Both the position numbers and the translations under genes were made by a program. 64,000 bases of DNA from Neodothiora populina (taxonomy: Eukaryota), in assembly GCF_041146345.1 (NCBI RefSeq), contig NW_027191413.1:1736001-1800000 (forward strand). The letters are read 5' to 3'. Below the pieces are notes generated by a model, which saw nothing but the letters and a program-made list of their open reading frames with translations, ran no database searches and had not been told where the DNA came from. Below, one piece after another: positions 55,604 to 64,000 of the stretch (position 1 is its first letter; each line of letters begins with the position of its first letter).

Positions 55604-56279
55604 ATGGTGGGTGGCATCATCGTACCGCATACGAGCGACGCAAGATGCAGCAGCTTATTTCTGAACAGGGTAAACGCAAGTCATCCAGCAAACCGCAAGG
55701 TCCCAAAAAGGTAGGCTACCTCTACCGCTCGGATAATAGCTCTGCTGGCTTTCACTCAGGGAGGCGCATGAGATAGCAAAGATCGAGAGAGGTGTGCAGC
55801 GAAAGAGAGTCGATGCTAACGAATCCATGAAACATACAGCGCGAACCTCTGGCCACCTCATTCCAATGTCTGTTCTGCAACCACGAAAACTCAGTGACGG
55901 TTAAAATCGACAAGAAGAGCGGCACGGGCGATCTCTCCTGCAAAGTCTGCGGACAATCATTCCAGACCGGCGTGAACTGTGCGTGAAACACTCAAGCGAG
56001 AAGCGCAAAAGCCCTCAAAGACAAGCAAGAGCGAACAAAAAACTGATGGAACATGCAGACCTCAGCCAAGCAGTAGACGTCTACTCGGATTGGGTGGATG
56101 CTTGCGACGCCGTGGCCAAGGGCGCGGCCGACAGCACTGCCAAATCAGGCGGCGCATCCTACCTCAGTGCGAATGCCTCTGCGCGCGGTCGCGGCGGACG
56201 CGGCGGCGAAGAGAGTCTTGGTGACGATTTCATCGAAGACGACGAGGTGGATGCTGAAGCGGAGTATGGTGATGATTGA
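55604..56279 (+). CDS. ELF1: transcription elongation factor Elf1
   Basis: ATG|intron 55607-55668|[14 protein letters not shown]|intron|[16 protein letters not shown]...[10 protein letters not shown]|intron|[16 protein letters not shown], then an acidic tail. Confidence 0.95.
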
Positions 56280-56661
56280 GCAGAAGACTCTTGAGTCGTC
56301 TCAACTGGTCGCAAAGAGTGTGGGTTACCGATATCAGGGCAAATTTTTGAGTTTGACGAGACGAAGGAAAGAAGTGGTGGTACGGGAGAAGGTGTGATTC
56401 AGCAAGGCGCTATGGGCCGGTAGATGTATGGGATGCAACCAAAAGCATTGGGTCACAGGAGGTTGTAACATAACCACAGACAGGCGTAAGGCGTGAGATT
56501 TGGCCCGCCACCGAGAGGGCGCGGCATGTCATTTTCTATATATAATTTATCGATGCAGCACATGCTGCAACGTGTGTCATACAAACACATATGACCCAGA
56601 TCGAGACCACAGCTAGATCTTCATGGGACTGATCCCATCGCTTTTCGGAGAAGACTAAGAC

Positions 56662-57578
<917 letters not shown>

Positions 57579-57806
57579 GTTGTCTTTAAATATATGGACC
57601 GCAAGCTGTTGTCAAAGGGTGGTTGTGGTTGTGGTTGTGGTGGGGTGTGAAGATTATGTTGGTTTGTTGTAACTTATGAAGTGGAGGCTATCTTTCTCGG
57701 TTAATGGCAGAGAAAAGGAGACGAGTCAATTGTATAATATATGGGCAGACAATGTGGTTACGATATATGTTGCATTTACAGTATAATTAGAGGCGTCGGA
57801 GCTGGC

Positions 57807-58019
57807 CTATCCTTTGCAGTAAACATGAGCCCATCTTATCGCAGCAGCAATTACTGTGTCTTTTGCCCGTTGGTAGCACAAACCCCGCAATCCTCCACCA
57901 TCCAGCTCCTGTAGGGGTTCTTTTCGCTACTCTATCTTGCTTATCGTGTGATCACAGGTGATAAGCAGGGTCCTCAGAGATCACCATAAGTGCAGGATAA
58001 AGACCCATCTTCTCTTATC
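57807..58019. promoter_or_regulatory. cluster of GATA sites upstream of FUR1/UPRT
   Basis: CTTATC at 57835, 57940 and 58014; GATAAG at 57960; GATAAA at 57996; CTATC at 57807 and 57932. Confidence 0.55.
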
Positions 58020-58260
58020 GACAATAGCCAGATTGAAGTATCAGCGCTGTTTCACAAAGTCGCCAAAGACATTAAGCAGCCATACTATACAAGTACTTCA
58101 AAACGTGGTCCATATGAGCTTCACCGATGCATGTGCTGTACAGTGCCTTGCTGCATATCTTAGCTACAGTACCTCTACCTTTGCTGCTGTACAAAGTATG
58201 CAGCACGCAGCAAGAAGGCACGCGACTTGTACAACTGAGCCGGAAGTCTTGGCAGGCACC

Positions 58261-58290
58261 GGAGGTGGAGGTGGAGGTGGAGGTGGAGGT
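58261..58290. repeat. (GGAGGT)5 hexanucleotide repeat
   Basis: Five perfect copies in the FUR1/WAPL divergent intergenic region. Confidence 0.9.
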
Positions 58291-58811
58291 GAAGCTGTGG
58301 GTGATGCACGTCGTCGCAACATAAGGGATCTCGGGGACTTTTACTTATAGGACGGGCGGCCGTACAGAGGCCATGCTCGCCAGGGTCCAATACGTTAGAC
58401 ACTCTACTACCCTATTCCAACGTCTTTGTATTTTATGATATCCCAAGTGTACGCGCATACAGCAAGTCGCGTTGTCGCAGACAAAGACACCTCATTCACA
58501 CGACATCCGCAAAAAGCAATACCGCTCGACTTCTTGATAGGACAGAACGACGTGCAAGTCGTCACTTCCTCCTATAAGTAACTCAACTTCCGACGCGACT
58601 GCCTCGCGACTGGCTCCCGACTTGCATGGCGATTGCCAGGGAGATTATCTGCCCACTTTACATGTGAACTACAGGAAATATTGCAATCACCACAATCCTC
58701 AATTCCACCATGGACCTACAGTAGCTGGACTATATAATTCGCGCAGCCCAGAATCAGACGGATTTTGTAGAAACTCACTAGGCGCATTCCTGTCTGACAC
58801 CGTTTTGCGCC

Positions 58812-61595
58812 ATGGCTACAACCTATTCAGATTCAATGTCCTTCTCCTCGGCCTCGAGACGAAAGAAGCCTATCACCTATGGCAGAGCTTCGCGCAACAA
58901 GGCTTTCACGCCACAGAGTGTGGGTTCCTTCTACGAAAAGGGGAATGCGACGACGTCGAAAGACTCAACACGAGACGATGACAGTAACGACGACAGTAAC
59001 GACGATGACGAAAGTACTGACAATGATCGTACACCCTCATCACATGCCACAAGACCCATCATTCGATCAACAGCAACAGACCTACCCATGCGCAAGTCTG
59101 AACTCTTGCGACAGTCTTCGCTGATCAAGAAGCCTTCCTCGGCATACAACTCCCAAAGCTCTAAACATGATATTTCTCTTGATGAATTTGATGTGCCTTT
59201 GTCCGACGAAGAGCAGACCCCTGTCCGGCTCCCACCCAGGCAAGTGTCATCCAACAAGACACGAGTGCCAAAGCAGACAGCGCAAGATGGTGTTGCTTCT
59301 GGGGCGCAACAGAAAGAGCATAAAAGAAAATCGCCTATCAACGCTCCTGCCTCGAAGCGTGTGAGGACTTCATCGCCTGACTCGCCACCTGAAACCGCCT
59401 TTGTCAAGCTTCATGAACATTCGAGGACAAAGACACCTACACCACAGACCCATCACAATGGTAAAGCGAACCCCAGACGCACCACGCGTGAAGCCGCTAG
59501 AAATGCTTCTATCCTTGCTGGATATTCAGCTCCTGCACGCCTGGATGCGATGATATCCGAGAGTTCACTGGAAGACGCTGCCTCACCTCCTGCTACTCCG
59601 CCATCACGACCTGCTCTCAAGAGGAACGCTTCTACAACACCCAAACAGTCACAACTCTGGAGTCAACTTCTTTCATCAGATCCCGTGGAGCCTGATTGTG
59701 ACATCTCTTCACATGCTTCCGTCCCTGCCAAGCCATTTGATGCGAAATCCAAAAGAGCCTCTGTCAATCGCTCGATATTGAAAAACAAGACACCGAGTGT
59801 CCCGCCTTCATCTAGGCTAGTCGACCGCCTCAAGCAGACTGCAACTCCTCTGTCACAATCTGACAGCGAAGAAGACGACTCTGAGGAAGGGGACGACACT
59901 TTGACTACCTTGGACCTACAATCTACCGAGGCCGATCAACCTTTAGCCAAGGACAGCATTCCAGCGGGATCAACTCAGCCTCAGTTGCCTGAGAGTCAAA
60001 AGACAGACAGCCAAAACTCATCAGGCACGAGAATGACGTATGCGCGAATGCGTTCGTATATGTATGAAGATAGTCTGGAAGAGAGCCTGATGCAGTCCCT
60101 CGCTCTGCCGACCATGCCGACAAGTAGGCCTCCTGCAGCGTCGCGTCGCCAGCCACTGGCAGGCAAAAGCAAGTCCAAGTCCAACACGTCTATCGACAGT
60201 GACTCCGACGATGCAGGAACGACTGGGATACGCAGTATCCATGAATTACGAGCCGCTGGAAACAAGAACCGCTTCCTTGACGACAACGCTGCCTTGTTTG
60301 ACGACATCAAAGACCACAAGCCCGCGTCGCGATCGAGAAGGCGAAGTGCCTTGATCGAATTGGCCAACAAATTCCTGGACAAAACCTTCCTCGCACGATT
60401 CCTAGAACATGGCTTCGACCGCGAGTTGACGGCTGAAGTTTCTCCGCCATATCCTGATCCTGTTGCCGATGTCATACTTTGCACTATCGTTGCTCAGCTG
60501 TCAGGTGTGGACAACAAAACCACAACGAGACTGTACAAGGCTGGTGCAATGGGACTTGCGCAGAGGTGCGTCGAGGAAAACAAAACTGCCAGTCAACTCG
60601 CGAGGGAGAGATCGAACAATATGTCCAAGGTTGCCCAATCGACCTTCCTTGAATTGATGGAAGCCTTGCGCACGTCGACTATATGGTCTGATAGCCAACC
60701 GGAAGAATTGACTCCGCGACTAATTGGGCTGAAGTGTATGCAGCTTATCATGCTTGATCTAAGGCGTCATAACGACGAGGGTAGTAGCTTGGATGCCAGC
60801 ACGATTGCCATCCTCGTTAATCTGGCTACAAACATCGATGGCTCCGCTTCAGCACCCCCATCCAAGTCTATCGCCGCCGATTTAACGTTATCTGTAATGG
60901 AATTTGCATCGGCGTCGAGTGCACTTGCTGCTGTGTGGTCCATCGACCTTTGGCAGCAAATTGTCACTGCTCTTCCTGTGTTGCTACAATTACAAGGCCA
61001 GGCTCATGCACTGGTGTTGAAGATCTGCATCAATCTAACGAACCACAAGCCGCAAAACTGCATTGCGTGTTCCGACGTCAAGGTTATTACAGTAATCATG
61101 CGCAACATTGTTAGTGGCTTTCAGGTTCTGCATGACGAACTTGATGAAGAAGAACACATTGCTCGTCTCAACTCCCTCATTCTATCACTCGGACTCATGA
61201 TCAATCTGGCAGAGTTCAGCGATGAAGCCTGCGAGCAGGTAGTCGCACTACAAGGCAGCGATGGCCTTTCTTCACTTGTCGCCATCTTCTTACGCGGGCA
61301 GGCTAAGGTCGAAGAAGCTCAATCCGAGCAGGAGACTCAGAGCAACGTCGCCTACGGCTTTCTGGCAGTTCTGCTCGGCAACATTTGTCAGAACGATACG
61401 GCGCGGAATGAGGTCCGTGCTTATTTTCCGGATCGAAAATTACAGCCTCTTCTGCTGGCTATCGACGAATTTGCGGACCATAATCGAAAGGTCGATAGCC
61501 AGGCGCAGGAAAATGACGAAGGCCACGAGGTCTGGCGAGACTTTACCGGGAGGTTGATGGCTATCGTGTCATGTTTGCGACATTTGGACGAATAG
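58812..61595 (+). CDS. wings apart-like cohesin release factor (Wpl1/Rad61)
   Basis: Intronless 927 aa with ITYG and TYARMRS motifs in a disordered N-terminus, IRSIHELRAAGNKNRF and a helical C-terminal domain (INLTN, LGLMINLAE). Confidence 0.85.
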   Translation: MATTYSDSMSFSSASRRKKPITYGRASRNKAFTPQSVGSFYEKGNATTSKDSTRDDDSNDDSNDDDESTDNDRTPSSHATRPIIRSTATDLPMRKSELLRQSSLIKKPSSAYNSQSSKHDISLDEFDVPLSDEEQTPVRLPPRQVSSNKTRVPKQTAQDGVASGAQQKEHKRKSPINAPASKRVRTSSPDSPPETAFVKLHEHSRTKTPTPQTHHNGKANPRRTTREAARNASILAGYSAPARLDAMISESSLEDAASPPATPPSRPALKRNASTTPKQSQLWSQLLSSDPVEPDCDISSHASVPAKPFDAKSKRASVNRSILKNKTPSVPPSSRLVDRLKQTATPLSQSDSEEDDSEEGDDTLTTLDLQSTEADQPLAKDSIPAGSTQPQLPESQKTDSQNSSGTRMTYARMRSYMYEDSLEESLMQSLALPTMPTSRPPAASRRQPLAGKSKSKSNTSIDSDSDDAGTTGIRSIHELRAAGNKNRFLDDNAALFDDIKDHKPASRSRRRSALIELANKFLDKTFLARFLEHGFDRELTAEVSPPYPDPVADVILCTIVAQLSGVDNKTTTRLYKAGAMGLAQRCVEENKTASQLARERSNNMSKVAQSTFLELMEALRTSTIWSDSQPEELTPRLIGLKCMQLIMLDLRRHNDEGSSLDASTIAILVNLATNIDGSASAPPSKSIAADLTLSVMEFASASSALAAVWSIDLWQQIVTALPVLLQLQGQAHALVLKICINLTNHKPQNCIACSDVKVITVIMRNIVSGFQVLHDELDEEEHIARLNSLILSLGLMINLAEFSDEACEQVVALQGSDGLSSLVAIFLRGQAKVEEAQSEQETQSNVAYGFLAVLLGNICQNDTARNEVRAYFPDRKLQPLLLAIDEFADHNRKVDSQAQENDEGHEVWRDFTGRLMAIVSCLRHLDE

Positions 61596-62055
61596 TGATG
61601 GCGTTTGTGCTAATGGCAGTGGACAGGCAACTGGGATACGGAAGCTCATGGATAGATGGGTATGAATGAGAGCTCACATGTTAATGATGACAGGAATGAA
61701 CGGTGGTGACATGGGAGGTATATGGACCACCAAAAGGACGGGAGGCGTTTGGCTATTGCTTCTCTCAAGCTTGATACCCTGAAGCATAGGACTTTTGTTT
61801 GTAGACTTAAAACCCATTGGCGATGGTTCATTTGCTTGTGGCTACATTTGACATATATATACAATGCCAAAATTGACACAAGGACGAAATTCAATATCAC
61901 GATCTTGCCTGTTTAATGTCTGTTTCTCCTGCAATGGGCGAAATGTGGCGCCACGCCAATCCTACATACCAAACCAAACCCAATCAAGAGCCGCAGTTCA
62001 AGCATTTTCATCAATAGGGGTAGAAAGTGGAGAATCGAAAACTAAAATTCCGTTT

Positions 62056-63926
62056 CTAATCCTGCGGCAACGCTCTCCGCTTAATCCAGACTCTGGTACT
62101 GTCGACGCTCGTGGTATAAGTGCCCACGGCCGACTTGTGCCGCGGCATCTTCCAGGGCCCACCTCCGACGGCTTCGATGTCCCAGAAGCTGATGATGGAC
62201 GCCGCGAAGACCATGACTTCCTTTTGCGCGAACGCTCGGCCTTTGCACATTGATTGGCCGCCGCCTGTGCGTTGTTGTTAGCCTTTTCTGTTTTTTCGGT
62301 GGTATCAGGAGGCGGATTGTGGAAGGGAAGGGGGACTTACCGAACGGTCTCACAGTGCCCATGTTCACACTGACCCATTTCTCGCCCTCGCGGTCCTCGA
62401 CGTATACTACATGCCGATCGGCGCGCCACGTCTCCGGGTCATCAAAGTACGCTGGATCCTTGTGGTGCAGATCATGCGCGACGTGGGTATAAGTGCCCTT
62501 TTTGAGCAGGTACTTGTCGGCGGACTTGTCCCGCCCTGCGAGCACAAAGTCCTTTTCCATGTACTTGAGGCTGTAGATGGACGTGTCGACGCGCAGAGTC
62601 TCGATGTAGCTGCTTTTCAGCAAGGGACAGTTAGCCACCAGACCGTCTTGGTCTATGGACTCGAGGCGTGGAGGCTCCGGGATGCCGAATTCCTGCTTGG
62701 GCTGCACGGCGCGCACGTACGGTTTGACTTCCTCGCGCAACTTTTCGAGGAGGTCCTTGTCCGCGTAGATGTGGTTGAGGAGCCAGAAAATAAGGGGGTT
62801 GGCGTTGGCGTTCATGGCCCACAGGAGACTGAGTTCGATTGAGGCGCGGGCTTCGATGGAGAAGCCGTGTTTCTCGTAGATTTCCTGACGTTCCTTGATG
62901 AGCGGGTTGACGTCTTCGAGGTTGCGCCATTCGCTTCCTGGATCTTGACCGTTGCGCGATGCTTCCATGGCTGTTTCGAAGGCGCGCAGTGCTCGGAACA
63001 TGCGGCTTCGGGCCAAGTGGGCTGCTGTTAGGGGAGGAAAGGGGAACCAGCGAGGTAGGCCTGTAGCCAAATAGAAGAAGCCCTTGTCCATTGCGTAGAG
63101 GTCGGAGAAGAAACTGGGGTTGTTGTGCATGAAGTCTGTCCCGATGAGGGACGGGTTGGCTGCAAAGGTCACGAAATCGCGAGCCAGTGGTCTGGAGTAG
63201 TTGTTCAGTATTCCAACATACAAGAATCAGGTTTCGCGGACGGACTCACAGCAAGTTTGCTTCGACAACGCGTTCTCCATTTACCTCAATCGTATCGGCA
63301 TTACTCGTACGCTCCCAAAGGCTCTGATCGACGGGGCTTTGAGCAAACGTCACGAAATCTGCAATGTTGGCCTTGAGAACATCTACAGTCTTCTGTACCA
63401 TGTTGCCTAGAGATGGTTCTGACAAAAGGTATTTGTAGCATGCAGATATGTCGTGCAATGCACTGTCATACTTGTTGAGTTCCGATCGAGGGAATCCGAA
63501 AACAGTATATACTATACGTTGGAACAAGGCGTCTGAGTCTGCAGAACCACTTCTGTCGTTCAGCACAGTAGTGCCCAGCCCCGGATGGAAGATGAAATTG
63601 TGCGAAGTCCCTCCCAGATTCAACGCAAATGCACCGCCTTTGTACGTAGAGCGAGCCCAATTCATGAAGGAGACCATTGTGAAGATGAGATTCGGTACAT
63701 GTCCAAGGATAGGCAGCCAATACGGTATCCTGGGCACCCCTTTCGGTCCATCGTCACCATCGATATTCTGTTGTGAATGGTCTAATATGCCGCTGAACAG
63801 ACGAGTTGCCACTGAGAGGGCTAAGATGCCGAATATGATCGTGGTCCACGAGCCCGTCCACGTATTTGGCATCCAGTGTCCATCTTGAGCCGAGCTCGTG
63901 AACGTTGGTGCGCGATTGATGTCCAT
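62056..63926 (-). CDS. cytochrome P450, CYP7/CYP8/CYP39-like clan
   Basis: N-terminal TM segment, PYWLPILGH, I-helix LLWAMNANANPLIFW, ETLR and heme loop PFG|GGQSMCKGR. Two introns. Confidence 0.92.
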
Positions 63927-64000
63927 ATCGATCCCCGTGATTGGGACCCCCTTTGAGCCCCTTGAAGAGGAGCTAAAACGATGCTTTGCTAGCAGCGAGC

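Overview
Gene-dense, intron-rich euchromatic region of a filamentous ascomycete (Pezizomycotina, probably Dothideomycete-like; inferred from GT-AG introns with CTRAC branch sites and from protein families). I find 22 protein-coding genes. In order: the 3' end of a probable CTR9, a small Myb-like fungal protein, an OCRL/INPP5B-type inositol 5-phosphatase, RSM27, a ZUFSP/Mug105 C78 peptidase, NAP1, SER3, myosin V, aspartate kinase, a Sut1-like sugar permease, G6PD, RPL33, a P5B ATPase, a CNMT/CFA-family methyltransferase, complex I subunit NDUFB2 (not resolved by the ORF track), BUR1, an MCT-family MFS transporter, seryl-tRNA synthetase, an uncharacterised 122-aa spliced protein, URG1/URC1, ELF1, FUR1/UPRT, WAPL and a CYP7-like P450. 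No tRNA, rRNA, CRISPR array or transposon could be supported. Three signals stand out. (1) URG1 and UPRT are linked and each has a dense upstream GATAAG array, suggesting a nitrogen-repressed uracil-catabolism (URC) module split by ELF1. (2) The NDUFB2 5' UTR appears to contain a 348-nt intron with nested complementary helices. (3) The P450 lacks the I-helix catalytic Thr. All gene calls come from motif recognition and manual splicing, not database searches.
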